DNA of 64,000 bases from an uncultured Nitrospinota bacterium (GTDB lineage: Bacteria > Tectomicrobia > Entotheonellia > J063 > CAVPRW01), in NCBI GenBank assembly GCA_963707985.1, contig CAVPRW010000042.1:1-64000 (forward strand). The letters run 5' to 3'. Below, one piece after another: positions 52,040-64,000 of this stretch (position 1 is the first letter of the stretch; the number at the start of each line of letters is the position of its first letter). The notes under the pieces are model-generated. The model did not search any database. It saw only the letters and a list, made by a program, of their open reading frames with translations, and had not been told where the DNA came from. Both the position numbers and the translations under genes were made by a program.

Positions 52040-55000
52040 ATGGGACTGGTCCTCTGGTGCCTAACGATGGGGGGAGTGTTTCCGCCTGATACCCATGGGG
52101 GAGTGGAGGAAAAGCAACCCCTCAAGCTGCCAGAGGTGGTGATCCTTGGGCAAGATATCTCTGTCTTGAAGGAGACGAAAGAGCGGCTGGTGCCACAGGA
52201 ATTGGCCCCAACACTCAAGGAAATGCCCGCTGAGGCACGTGAGAAGATCAATCTGGCCGCCTTGGAACAAGGAAGCAAGAGCGCTCCTCAAGTCTCCAGT
52301 CCGGGATGTCTGTTCGGTAACCCGGTGACAGGCTCAATTGCGCGCGCCTTCCTCGGCGATGAAGCGCAGTATAAGGTCGGATTGTATCGATATCAAAACG
52401 GCGATTATCAAGGGGCTATCGACGCCTTCACTCGTGTGCATCAAGACTATCCGCAGAGCCCCTTCCGGGGATCGGCATACTACTGGGAGGGGGAGAGCTA
52501 TGACCGATTGGGGCAATACGACAAAGCACTAGTGGCCTATCAACAGATCATCCAGCATTTCCCCGGCGAGCGCCTGCGCGATTATGCGTTGCTTGCAGCT
52601 GCCGATGTACAGCTGCGGGTCCAGCGCCCAGCCGATGCCATTCCACTGTTGCGCGAGCTCGTGGCCACGTATCCGAGCAGTTCGACGAATGCTCAGGCAC
52701 GACGCTACCTTGCCGACTCCCTCTTCCGTGCCGGGCAGTATGGCGAAGCCGCTGACGCCTATAACCAGCTTCTCCAAACAAGTCAGGGTGATGGCGACAA
52801 ACCACATGCTGTGTTTTGGCGGGCCGAGAGTTTCTATCAGTTAGGCGCGTTCGACCGTGCTGAACAGGGCTACCGTGAGATGCTGCAGGCGTACCCTCGT
52901 CATGCACGTCAAGAAGAAGCGCTGTACGGTTTGGGCTGGGCGCAGCTGAATGGCGAAAAGTATCGCTCGGCCCTCGACACCTTCCAGCAACTGGGACGTA
53001 CTTTCCCACGCACGCGATTCCAGGAATCAGTCTCTTATGCCCGTGTCAAGAGCTATTTAGGGTTGCGTCAAATGCCAGCGGCACAGGACACCTATCGGCA
53101 GCTGGCACGAGAGTTCCCTCAGAGCAGATGGCTCGGTGCCGCCACTCTCGAATTTGCACGTACCGCATATGAGGCTGGGGATTATACGACGGCTGCGTCA
53201 CTCACGAAGCAGGTTGCCGACTCGACCAAGTCGAACTCGCTGGCGCCTGTCGCCCTTGTACTGCAGGGCGATCTGCTCTATCGCGAGGGGAAGTTTACCG
53301 AGGCGATCGAAGCGTACCGCCGAGCCGAGCGGGCCGGGCTCCCTGACAATCTTCTCGAGACCACCTTGCTGAAGCGCGCTCTCGCCTTCTACCAGCGGCG
53401 CGACTTCGCCAACGCTGCCACTGATCTGGAGCGCCTCTTGCGCCAATTCCCGTCCTCTACCAATGCTGCCGAGGCCGCCTTTTGGCTGGGAGAGGCACGT
53501 TTTTACAACCGCCAGTATCGACCGGCACTACTCGCCTATCAGCAAGTGCCGCCGGGGAGTTCGCGTTATCCCGATGCCCTGTATGGCCGGGGCTGGGTCT
53601 ACTATCAGGGGAGCGATTGGCCGAAGGCCGCGGCGGAATTCGAGCAAGTGGTGCAGCGGTTTCCCGAGGCCAGTATTCGGCCAGAAGCGCTGTTTCGTCT
53701 GGGAGAAGTCCAGTTCAACTTGAAAAACTTCGAGAAGGCGATTGCCACGTACCAGCAACTGCTGCGCGAGTATCCACAGGAGAAGTTGGTGCCCAATGCC
53801 CGCTTGCGCAGCGCTTGGGTGCGTTACAAGGCTGGCAACAACGCTCAGGCTATTCGCGAATTGTCCGACCTGGTACGCGATCAGCCGCATCAGCCCGATT
53901 GCTGCCGAAGCCCATTATTGGCTTGGCATGGCCTATCTGAGCACGAAGCAGCTCGACGACGCCCGCGCCCAGTTCGAGAAAATCCTGGCTCAGTGGCCGA
54001 CGTCGGAGGTGGGCAGCCAGGCCATTCTGCGTTTGGGTGACACCTTGTACAATCAGGGCAAATTCACGCAGGCCATCGACACTTATACACGGCTGACCGC
54101 CTCAGGGACTGCAGATGTCCACACACCTGATGCAGAATATGGTATTATCCTATCGCTCTATCAGCTCCGGCGCTTGCAAGAGTATGCGATACGGGCGAAG
54201 TCGTTTATCACACGCTATCCGACAAATCCGCTGAGTGTAACGGTCCTGTATCAGCTGGCTGAGCTGTATGAGGCGGAAAACCGCTCGCAATTGGCTCTGG
54301 AGACGCTACAGGAGGTCATCACTCGCTTTGGTCAGAGTGAACTGGTCGAGTCGGCGTATCTGCGGCGTGCTGAAATCTTCGCGCGGCAGGACAACTGGCA
54401 GGCGTCTCTAACCGAGGCCCAGCAAGCACTAGCCATTGCGAAGAGCGACGTCGTGAAGAGCGATGCCCTGTATACCGTGGCACAAGCCCAGCAAGAGCTG
54501 AAGCTCTATCCAGCCGCGGCCGAGAGTTACCGCCGCCTGATCCAGACCTACCCGAAGAGTCGCTTTGTCCCTGCCGGCCTACGGGGCCTGGCGCAGAGCC
54601 TGACGCAGGCGGGGCGTAAAGCCGAGGCCAAGCAAGTGTGGCAGGACATGCTCCAGCGCACCTCCAAGGATGCCTCGATGGCGGACGCATCCGTGGAATT
54701 GGGCTTATTGTTACAGAGCGAAGGTGAACATCGGAAGGCCATTGAGCAGTTCGGCAAGGCCCTCACCCAGGGAAATCCTGAGGTCGCCGCACACGCCCAG
54801 TATGAAATTGGCCGGACGTACACGTTACTCAAGGACTACCAGCAGGGAACGGTTGAGCTCATGAAAGTGGCCTACCTCTACCCGCAGCAACAGCGTTGGG
54901 TGCAACGCGCACTCTTTCAAGCGGCGGGGAATTATGAGCAGGAACAGAAGTGGCAAGAAGCCTTGGCCGTCTACCAGAAGATCGTCAGGGAGGTGGCACA

Positions 55001-55070
55001 GCCGGAGTCACGTGAACAGGCCACTCAGAAGATTGAACAACTCAAAAAGAAGATCGGGTCCGGGGCATAG
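52040..55070 (+). CDS. Very large exported TPR protein (frameshift ~53885)
   Basis: TPR repeats continue across ORFs 51869-54040 and 53742-55070; start uncertain. Confidence 0.8.
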
Positions 55071-55102
55071 TCGATACGAGGGGATGAGGCGGGAGAGAAC
55101 GG

Positions 55103-55705
55103 ATGCTCGAGTTTGTCGTCAAAGGCGGGCCGGTTATGGTCCCGCTGCTGCTCTGCTCGGTGATCTCGCTCAGTATCATTGTCGAGCGTTGTCTGAGTTT
55201 GCGGCGCCATCGCATTCTCAAGTATGACGTCCTCCAGCGTATCGAGGAACTCCTCCGTGAGCGCAAGATCCCAGAGGCCAGCACACTATGCAAGCGTTAT
55301 CCCTCCTCGATGACCCGGATCCTCTTAGCCGCGATCCTTAACCATGACAAGAGTCGGCAAGAGATTAAGGAGATCATCGAGGACGCGGGACGGCAGGAGG
55401 TTCCAGTGTTGGAACGCTATCTGACGATTCTGGGTACGATCGCCAGCATCTCCGTCTTGCTAGGGTTGCTGGGTACGGTGATGGGCATGATCCGGACCTT
55501 CAATTCGATTGCAGCCCTTGGATATGGGAATCCTGAGGCCCTTGCCAGCGGCATCTCAGAAGCTTTGGTCGCGACAGCCACAGGGCTGACGATCGCCATT
55601 CCGACGCTAGTCTTGTACAATATCTTCACCAGCAAGGTGGACTCTCTGGTCATCGAGATGGAAAAAAACGCGCTCCGCATGCTCAGTATCTTGAAACGGG
55701 ACTAA
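55103..55705 (+). CDS. exbB: MotA/TolQ/ExbB family
   Basis: LLGLLGTVMGMI, GISEALVATATGL. Confidence 0.9.
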   Translation: MLEFVVKGGPVMVPLLLCSVISLSIIVERCLSLRRHRILKYDVLQRIEELLRERKIPEASTLCKRYPSSMTRILLAAILNHDKSRQEIKEIIEDAGRQEVPVLERYLTILGTIASISVLLGLLGTVMGMIRTFNSIAALGYGNPEALASGISEALVATATGLTIAIPTLVLYNIFTSKVDSLVIEMEKNALRMLSILKRD

Positions 55706-55709
55706 GCCC

Positions 55710-56165
55710 ATGCAATTTCGATCTTCCCGGCGCACCCGCGCTGGGCTTGACTTCACTCCGCTCCGGGCTGTGAGCATGAGTATCACTCCGTTGGTGGACA
55801 CCATGTTAACCCTGCTCATTTTCGTGTTGCTGTTAGGTGCTTTTGCCATTCAACCCGGTATCCGCGTGCGCCTCCCTGAGGCCGCCTCGAAGGAAGAGGA
55901 GCCTAGGCAGGACCTGGCGGTCATCCTAACCCGCGACCAGCGTCTCTACCTCAATGAAGATCCCGTGCAACTCGACGAATTAGGGGGCCGCTTGCAGGAA
56001 CGCTTACGTGATCGCCAGGACGCCGTAGTGATTATTAAGGCCGATAAAGAGGTGCTGCATGGTCGCGTAGTTGAAGTGATGGACATTGCCAAAAGTGCGG
56101 GTGCGTTGCGTTTAGCCATCGCCACGGAACCTAAGCTGTCCGATAGCCGTGGAGGAGCGCCGTGA
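55710..56165 (+). CDS. exbD: ExbD/TolR family
   Basis: ITPLVD..LLIF, IKADKEVLHGRVVEVMD. Confidence 0.9.
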   Translation: MQFRSSRRTRAGLDFTPLRAVSMSITPLVDTMLTLLIFVLLLGAFAIQPGIRVRLPEAASKEEEPRQDLAVILTRDQRLYLNEDPVQLDELGGRLQERLRDRQDAVVIIKADKEVLHGRVVEVMDIAKSAGALRLAIATEPKLSDSRGGAP

Positions 56166-57031
56166 TCCGCGAGCGCACCTATGCCAATCTGCTCATTGGC
56201 CTCGTCTTGTCTGTATTGATCCATGCGTACGTGGTGATGTGGGGGCCACCTTTCTCTATGCCAACCGCCACGCTACGCCCACCGCCCGCAGTGGAGGTGC
56301 AACTACGCGAATGGCCCTCGCCTGCGCCTGCCTCTCCGCCACTGGAAGCAGTAAAGATTAAGGAGCCACCGCCAGCGGTGCCAACCCCCGCGCCGTCGGC
56401 AACACCCATGCTTCCCCCAAACACGAAGGCTCTGCAGGATGCGGTGCAAATGGCTCTGACTCCTGGGCGGTCTGACCGTGTCGAGGTAGAACTCCCTGAA
56501 CGCCTACCGGCACTTCCCACCCTGGAGGCAGAGCACGACCCCATCCGGTTGGCGGAAGGGTGGCGCGATTCTTAGCAGTATGAACCATACGAACCTCGCC
56601 TGACCGACGGTGCTATGCTCCCCGAGCTTCCACCGCCTGAGCGCCAGCATGTCGAGACGAGGGTCATGCCACCGCTCCCCACGCTTACACCCCCTACACG
56701 TCGGGAATCGGTTTCAACCCGGCCGGCGACCATCACGTTGCCCTCACCCCAGCTTACTTCGCTCATTAAGGGACCCGCATCTGAGCGACAGGTGCTCTTC
56801 CAACCACCACCTCCCAGTGTGACCGTTGAAAGTGAAAGTGAAATAGAGCTGCGTTTTTGGATTTTACCGAATGGCGCCGTCGGTCGCGTGGTACCTATGA
56901 AAAAATCTGATCCGCGGCTCGAAGCTCAAGTCATCAGTTATTTGCGCCTTTGGCGGTTCACCCCACTGCCAGCCGACTCCCCCCAGGATGAACAATGGGG
57001 CATTATTCCATTCAAATTCCGCATTCGTTAA
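56162..57031 (+). CDS. TonB-like protein (frameshift ~56560-56610)
   Basis: TM with SVLIH, Pro-rich linker, TonB-C-like ..WRFTPL..GIIPFKF. Confidence 0.7.
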
Positions 57032-57165
57032 TCCGAATCATCGACGCTGGAATCGCGTGGATTCTTGGAGATTGAGGCTTGTCTCCAAGGCCACGCGCGA
57101 CAAAATATGGGGTGCAGACGCCCGGCCAAAGATGGTAAGGGTCTGGTGCAGAGGATGGAATACTG

Positions 57166-58125
57166 ATGTCGATTCAAGTGCTCTTGTGGATCATCTTCAA
57201 CCTTTTTGTGGTAGCGATGTTGGCGTTGGACCTAGGAGTTTTCCATCGCACAGCGCATGTGATCCACGTCAGGGAAGCCCTCGCATGGTGTGCGCTATGG
57301 GTCACGCTGGCATTGCTGTTCAATCTGGGGATTCTCTTGCGGCTTGGTTCGGAGCCGGCCCTTGAATTCCTGACCGGTTATTTGCTTGAGTATTCCCTAA
57401 GCGTCGATAACATCTTCGTAATTTTGATGATTTTCACATACTTTCGTGTCCCCTATCTGCACCAGCACAAGGTGTTGTTCTGGGGGATTCTCGGCGCTTT
57501 GATCATGCGCGCGCTGTTCATTCTCGTGGGCATTACGCTGATCCAGAAATTTCACTGGGTCATCTACATCATGGGTGGATTCTTAATCATCACCGGCATC
57601 AAAATGGCTACGCAAAAGGACGCGGACATCCACCCCGAACGCAACCCAGTGCTGAGGCTTATCCGACGCTTTGTGGGGGTGACGGAGGATTACGAGGGTG
57701 GGAGCTTCTTTGTGAGGCACAGCGGGAGACTGTTGGCCACGCCGCTGTTCATCGTCGTGTTGGTAGTTGAGACGACCGATGTGATCTTCGCGGTAGATTC
57801 CATCCCGGCCATCCTGGCGATCACGCTCGACCCTTTCATCGTCTACACCTCCAACGTCTTCGCGATTCTGGGGCTCCGGGCATTGTATTTCGCCCTGGCC
57901 GGGGTGATGCAGCTCTTCCACTATCTCCCCTATGGCCTGTCGTTCATCCTGGTGTTTGTGGGGATTAAAATGCTGCTGGTTGATATTTACAAAGTTCCGA
58001 TCAGCATCGCACTGGGGACGGTTGCTGCTGTACTGGCGATCTCGGTGATCGCTTCGATCTTGTTCCCGCCGAAGCCGGAGGCCACAGCCGCCAAACCGGA
58101 CCCGCATCCGGCCAGGGACCACTGA
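57166..58125 (+). CDS. TerC/Alx family membrane protein
   Basis: EYSLSVDNIFV, ETTDVIFAVDSIPA, SNVFAILGLRALYF. Confidence 0.93.
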   Translation: MSIQVLLWIIFNLFVVAMLALDLGVFHRTAHVIHVREALAWCALWVTLALLFNLGILLRLGSEPALEFLTGYLLEYSLSVDNIFVILMIFTYFRVPYLHQHKVLFWGILGALIMRALFILVGITLIQKFHWVIYIMGGFLIITGIKMATQKDADIHPERNPVLRLIRRFVGVTEDYEGGSFFVRHSGRLLATPLFIVVLVVETTDVIFAVDSIPAILAITLDPFIVYTSNVFAILGLRALYFALAGVMQLFHYLPYGLSFILVFVGIKMLLVDIYKVPISIALGTVAAVLAISVIASILFPPKPEATAAKPDPHPARDH

Positions 58126-58268
58126 CTCCTGCCCCTGTAACGAATGCCCGAGAGGGGCGGGGTTGACTGCGAGGCATTACCACTTTACGACGCATCGCCC
58201 CCAGTCCAGGGCAATGTTGGAATGGGGATGGAGCAAGCACAACCGGTAACGACAGAGGGGAGACCGGC

Positions 58269-59279
58269 ATGGATATCGGTGGGGTCGGTGAATTTTCGCT
58301 GATCGCCAGCATCCGCCATCGTATGGAAGGGAAATATCCCTCGGAGGTGGCACTTGGGATCGGCGACGATTGCGCCATATTGCACCCGCAGTCTGGCATG
58401 GAATGGGTGATTACCACTGATACGCAGGTAGAGGATGTGCATTTTCGCCGGGCGTGGTTGACCCCGTATCAGATCGGCTGGCGCGCCATGGCGGTCAACC
58501 TTAGTGACATTGCGGCGATGGGCGCGCAACCATTCGGTGCCCTAGCCGCACTTGCCTTGCCTGTTGCCACCGAGGCGACGTTTTTCGACCAACTCCTCGA
58601 TGGCTTGTGCGACCTCGGGTTGCATTGCCAATGTCCGCTCATCGGCGGCAACCTGGCGCGAGACCCGGCCCACCTTTCCCTCACCCTTACCGTCCTCGGC
58701 CATGTTCCCCGCGGCCAGTCGGTACTGCGAGGCGGAGCCAAGGTCGGCGATGAAATCTGGGTCAGCGGCCAATTGGGCGGTGCTGCCGCAGGGTTGCGCA
58801 CGTTTAAGTACACCATCGCCCTGTCTGACACCGACTGTACCCCGTTACGCAGGCGGTATGCACAACCACAGCCACGGGTTCGCGAGGCCATCTTTCTGCG
58901 TGCCTCCGGCTGTCTCACCAGTATGATCGATCTCAGCGACGGTCTAGCCGGGGATCTTGGCCATTTGTGCGACGAAAGCGGTGTCGGGGCGCAGATCATG
59001 GCGGCAGCACTGCCGCTGCAAGCCGGCGTGCGCGAGGTTGCTGTGGCGCAGGGGGAGGATCCACTAGAGTTGGCGCTGCGCGGGGGAGAAGATTTTGAGC
59101 TCTGCTGCACAGCTCGTCCAGGAACGCTCAACCCGTTGCTGGACGCCTTTTGGGACCAATTTGGCATCGGTCTCACTCGCATCGGCACCATGACCTCGGA
59201 GCGTGTATTGCAGCTGGTGCATGCCGATGGCTTGCAAACCTCCCTCTCCCCCCAGGCCTACGACCATTTCCACGGTTGA
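58269..59279 (+). CDS. thiL: Thiamine-monophosphate kinase
   Basis: GEFSLI, GIGDDCA, NLSDIAAMG, DLSDG, GGEDFEL. Confidence 0.95.
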   Translation: MDIGGVGEFSLIASIRHRMEGKYPSEVALGIGDDCAILHPQSGMEWVITTDTQVEDVHFRRAWLTPYQIGWRAMAVNLSDIAAMGAQPFGALAALALPVATEATFFDQLLDGLCDLGLHCQCPLIGGNLARDPAHLSLTLTVLGHVPRGQSVLRGGAKVGDEIWVSGQLGGAAAGLRTFKYTIALSDTDCTPLRRRYAQPQPRVREAIFLRASGCLTSMIDLSDGLAGDLGHLCDESGVGAQIMAAALPLQAGVREVAVAQGEDPLELALRGGEDFELCCTARPGTLNPLLDAFWDQFGIGLTRIGTMTSERVLQLVHADGLQTSLSPQAYDHFHG

Positions 59280-59446
59280 GAGACGTGGGGCCGGGAAATG
59301 GAGACATTGTCGCAAAGCCCCTTGCCAAACCTGAATCCAGAGTTTAATATGACCAGAGTTTCTTGTGAGTCGATATCGTGTTCTGTGAAGTTGACTGTCG
59401 TTCCAGCCCCGTCCCCTAAACAGCGATCCAAGAGAAGTGGCGAACT

Positions 59447-60370
59447 ATGAGTGACATGCCAATATTTGTCGACCGCTACGATGAGCGGTTTTCGCTGCCA
59501 TTCTCCTACGGCGGATTGCTCCCAGAGGAGAGTGCCTTTGCCTCAGCGCAAGTGGTGATTCTGCCCATCCCTTACGAGCAAACCACAACGTACGGTACGG
59601 GGACCAAGGAGGGACCACAAGCCCTTATCGCCGCTTCTCGGCACATGGAGTTGTATGACGAAGAACTTGATTACGAGGTCTATAAGGTCGGTCTCCACAC
59701 CTTACGAGAAATAGAGCCCATCTCCAGCGGCCCGCAGGCGATGATGGATCGGATCACCGGCGTGACCGGAGAACTACTGGACTACGGCAAGTTTGTCGTC
59801 GGGTTGGGGGGTGAGCACACGATTTCGTTCGGGATTGTACGCGCCTTTGCCGAGCGTGTTCCGGGGCTGTCAGTGCTGCAATTCGACGCCCATGCCGATC
59901 TTCGTGACGCCTATCAGGGGACACCGTACAATCATGCCAGCGTGCTACGCCGCATCTCCGAAATTGTCCCAGCCGTACAAGTGGGCATCCGCAGCCTGAG
60001 TCGTGAAGAAGCCGCCTGGGTGAAGGAGAGTGGCGCACGGTTGTTTTATGCGTCGGAAGTCGTGGGATCGCCCACCATCGCCACGACCATCAGTGCAGCC
60101 CTCACCGACCAGGTATATATTACCATCTGCCTAGATGGCCTCGATCCATCGATTATGCCTGCCGTTGGCACTCCGGAGCCTGGCGGTCTCGGTTGGTATG
60201 ATGTCCTGCGCATCGTGCGGAAAGTGGCGGAAACTCGCCACATCGTGGGCTTCGATGTCGTCGAATTGTTCCCCATCCCAGGGAATATTGCACCAGATTT
60301 CCTGGCTGCCAAGCTCGTCTACAAAGTGTTGGGCTATCGTTTCAAACTGGGGAAACCGCGTCCAGGCTAG
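59447..60370 (+). CDS. speB: Agmatinase
   Basis: GGEH, FDAHAD, GTPEPGG. Confidence 0.9.
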   Translation: MSDMPIFVDRYDERFSLPFSYGGLLPEESAFASAQVVILPIPYEQTTTYGTGTKEGPQALIAASRHMELYDEELDYEVYKVGLHTLREIEPISSGPQAMMDRITGVTGELLDYGKFVVGLGGEHTISFGIVRAFAERVPGLSVLQFDAHADLRDAYQGTPYNHASVLRRISEIVPAVQVGIRSLSREEAAWVKESGARLFYASEVVGSPTIATTISAALTDQVYITICLDGLDPSIMPAVGTPEPGGLGWYDVLRIVRKVAETRHIVGFDVVELFPIPGNIAPDFLAAKLVYKVLGYRFKLGKPRPG

Positions 60371-60436
60371 AGACCCGCATGACCTTGCCGACGTCTCCCC
60401 CACCGTCGTCACCGTCTACTAGCACGTGAGGGGTAA

Positions 60437-61465
<1,029 letters not shown>

Positions 61466-61564
61466 TCGACCAGTCCATGATGTATAGCCACGTCGATTCA
61501 TTGATACGCAGTCGTCGACCCAGTGCCAGGGACGGCTCTGCTCGGGGTGTACAGCCGTTGAGGT

Positions 61565-62956
61565 ATGGTGGAAGTGCCACTCAGAGAACCGATGCAGAGT
61601 CAGTACAACCAACGTTTCGGGGTGGTGCTCACCGCCTTGCAGAAGATGGTCCGCCGGGGGGGCAAAAGCCATATCCGTAAGATCGTCTCGAAATTGCATC
61701 CCGCCGACGTGGCCAAGCTTCTGCGACATTTTGATCCAGAGGAGCAGTGGTTGATATTCGGCGTCATTGAGGACCCGGAATTCGCGGCCGAGATCCTCAG
61801 CGAAGCCGACGCTGATACCAGCGAACAGCTCATTCGGCGGGCCCCGCCACACTTTATTCTGCCCGCGCTGCGGAACATGTCCCCGGATGATCTCACTGAC
61901 CTGTTGGACCAGCTGCCAGTTGACCTGCGTGAGTCGATTCTCCATTCACTTAAAGAAGACCTCGACGATGTCCGCACCCTGATGCAATATGGCAAGGACA
62001 CCGCCGGCGGCATCATGACCACCGATTTTGTGGCCCTCAATGAGCTGGTCAGTGTGGAGGAGGCCATCAAAGAGGTGCGTGCCGCTGGTGATAAGGTCAT
62101 GGTGTCGTATGTTTACGTGACGGATGATAGCGGTCGCTTGCGTGGCGTCGTCTCGTTACGGCAACTGATCCTGGCCGAGCCCGCGCAACCACTGCGGGAG
62201 ATCATGACCAAGGACGTCTGGAAAGTGCACACAGAGACGGACCAGGAGGAGGTTGCCCGCCTGGTGGGACATTACAATATATTAGCCATCCCAGTCGTGG
62301 ACGAACAAAATGTCCTGGTCGGTGTGGTAACCGTGGATGACATTATCGACGTCATCCATGAGGAGGCTTCCGAGGATCTGGCATATCTATCCGGGAGCTC
62401 AAAACCACTGCACACGCTGATCGATGCCTCGCCGCTGGTCGTGTCCCGAGCCAGACTCCCCTGGTTGGGTACCGCCCTCCTGGGTGGATTGTTCACTGGA
62501 AGCATCCTCAATTTCTTCACTGGAACGCTTACGGAATTCATTGCGCTGAGCGTATTCATTCCCGTCATCATGGCTATGGGCGGCCACCACGGCATCCAAA
62601 CCTCAACGATGTTCATTCGTGCGCTAGCCACCGGGGAGATCGACAATATATTCGAACCGCTGTGGAAAGAGTTTGTGGTCGGCTGCATCATGGGAGCCGT
62701 ATGCGGGTTGGGCCTTGGTGCCGTCGCCTCGGTGTGGCTTGGGAGTTGGCTGCTGGGCGTGGTCGCGGGTTTGGCGATGTTTTTCGCACTGAATACGTCA
62801 GCTATGATGGGGGTGCTCTTGCCGACGTTCTTTCACCGTGTTGGGATCGATCCTGCGATCACGGCTGGGCCATTCATCACGGCGATTCAGGACGCAGCCG
62901 GCATCGTGATCTACCTTGGACTCGCCACGCTGCTCCTTCCCTGGGTTTCGCGGTGA
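61565..62956 (+). CDS. mgtE: Magnesium transporter MgtE
   Basis: HPAD N-domain, CBS pair, TM domain with DPA..GPFIT..D. Confidence 0.95.
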   Translation: MVEVPLREPMQSQYNQRFGVVLTALQKMVRRGGKSHIRKIVSKLHPADVAKLLRHFDPEEQWLIFGVIEDPEFAAEILSEADADTSEQLIRRAPPHFILPALRNMSPDDLTDLLDQLPVDLRESILHSLKEDLDDVRTLMQYGKDTAGGIMTTDFVALNELVSVEEAIKEVRAAGDKVMVSYVYVTDDSGRLRGVVSLRQLILAEPAQPLREIMTKDVWKVHTETDQEEVARLVGHYNILAIPVVDEQNVLVGVVTVDDIIDVIHEEASEDLAYLSGSSKPLHTLIDASPLVVSRARLPWLGTALLGGLFTGSILNFFTGTLTEFIALSVFIPVIMAMGGHHGIQTSTMFIRALATGEIDNIFEPLWKEFVVGCIMGAVCGLGLGAVASVWLGSWLLGVVAGLAMFFALNTSAMMGVLLPTFFHRVGIDPAITAGPFITAIQDAAGIVIYLGLATLLLPWVSR

Positions 62957-63081
62957 GCCATCTAGCCGACGACCAGGCTTGTTGCCTCGAGGTCTCAAAT
63001 AATATTGGTGTACCCGAGGCCTGTCTGGCATCCATTCGGCTTTGGTTGCCTTGACCGTCAGAGCAATCGTGGAGGGCAACC

Positions 63082-63561
63082 ATGTTCCGCAAAGTGTTGC
63101 TAGCCGCGGCTTTACAGAATTGGGAGATGCCAAATCCATACGCTCGTTCTGCCCGCGAGGTTGCCATCCAGTTGGCTAAGGGCTCGTCGAATCCTTTGTA
63201 TGTGCTGACGCTTTACCACTACCAGGCACCGACCATCGAAAAAAATCCCTTCATTGGGTCTCGGGTGCTGCAAGAAACTGAGCATTTGATGGAAGCCGAG
63301 GAAGATGCGGTCCGTGCAGTTGTTGACGCCAAACTGCGGAAATATGTGCAGGATATCGAGGATGCTGGCGTGGCCGTCGTGCGTCTCGTCCGCCCCGGAG
63401 ATCCGCGCGAAGAGGTCGTCCGAGTCGCCGAGGAAGTCCGCGCCGATCTCATCGTTATCGGTTCGCACAGTAAACGGCGGCTGTTCGACATCGGAAGCAC
63501 GGCACAGACGATTTGTAAGCGCTCCCCTGTCACTGTCGTATTAGCGGCTCCGGCGCAGTAA
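63082..63561 (+). CDS. Universal stress protein
   Basis: GDPREEVV..ADLIVIGSH..IGSTAQ. Confidence 0.85.
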   Translation: MFRKVLLAAALQNWEMPNPYARSAREVAIQLAKGSSNPLYVLTLYHYQAPTIEKNPFIGSRVLQETEHLMEAEEDAVRAVVDAKLRKYVQDIEDAGVAVVRLVRPGDPREEVVRVAEEVRADLIVIGSHSKRRLFDIGSTAQTICKRSPVTVVLAAPAQ

Positions 63562-64000
63562 ATCGATAGGCTAAATGCTAGGCATTCAATCCCTGCCCTG
63601 ACCCTCTCGAATGGTTCGACAGCTATCTGGAGATGTGTATGGAGCTCAGGCTAAGGGGACTATATGGCACAATTGCTCCATCCGGGCAAGCATTCCGTCC
63701 ACGCGTAAGCATGGGATCTCTGAGGGGGGGTATTCTACTGGCCTGTACGTGCAGGTGACGGCGGGGGAAGGTTGTCAGGCACAGCGTTTTTAGTGGGTTT
63801 CACACGTCGCAAGTATGCCCACAGCGCTTGTAAGTCCGCATCTGTCGCGTGGGAATATGCCGGCTATGGCATGGGAGGTAGTATCACTGCCCCATTTGGT
63901 TTGTGGCCAGTGCGCATAGCCTTCATGAAGTCGGCCCCGGTCCAGGTGCCGAGCCCCGTTTCCGGGTCGGGGGTCAGATTCCTCGTGAAGCTCACGCCCC

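Noticed and set aside
57032..57165. yybP-ykoY Mn riboswitch before terC
   Set aside because: A hairpin is present (~57054-57098) but I could not find the conserved aptamer motifs.
61466..61564. M-box riboswitch before mgtE
   Set aside because: The intergenic region is too short and lacks recognisable motifs.
63780..64000. Gene entering from the right edge on the minus strand
   Set aside because: Too little sequence to identify.

Overview
GC-rich bacterial chromosomal window. Gene content and the NtrC-cyclase-ATPase-TPR family suggest a Tectomicrobia-like or related lineage (inference only). Scattered single-base frameshifts in core genes suggest long-read consensus errors. Left arm (1-11.3 kb): exbB-exbD-tonB, a CoxMNOP-like heme-copper oxidase operon with di-heme cytochrome c, a Zn/Mn ABC permease and binding protein, and citrate synthase. 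Middle (~11.5-37.4 kb): a decaying accessory region ending at tRNA-Leu(CAG). It holds toxin-antitoxin pairs, IS630 and group II intron remnants, a giant sigma54-activator/cyclase/ATPase/TPR gene plus a deleted copy, a cobalamin riboswitch in front of an alpha-hydroxy-acid oxidase, a dead integron integrase, and a 6-kb nest of group II introns. Right arm (37.6-64 kb): mutase B12 subunit-mce-meaB-prpD-like, traT, argH-lysA-dapA-dapB-dapL, two large TPR genes with exbB/exbD/tonB, terC, thiL, speB, mreB, mgtE and usp. Most striking observations: (1) nearly all inferable substitutions in the dead elements are A:T>C:G; (2) two introns inserted at the RT 'GFFD' and 'YADD' motifs join three RT pieces of apparently different intron classes in frame; (3) an A1-type oxidase lacks the K-channel Lys; (4) a B12 riboswitch sits on an atypical target.
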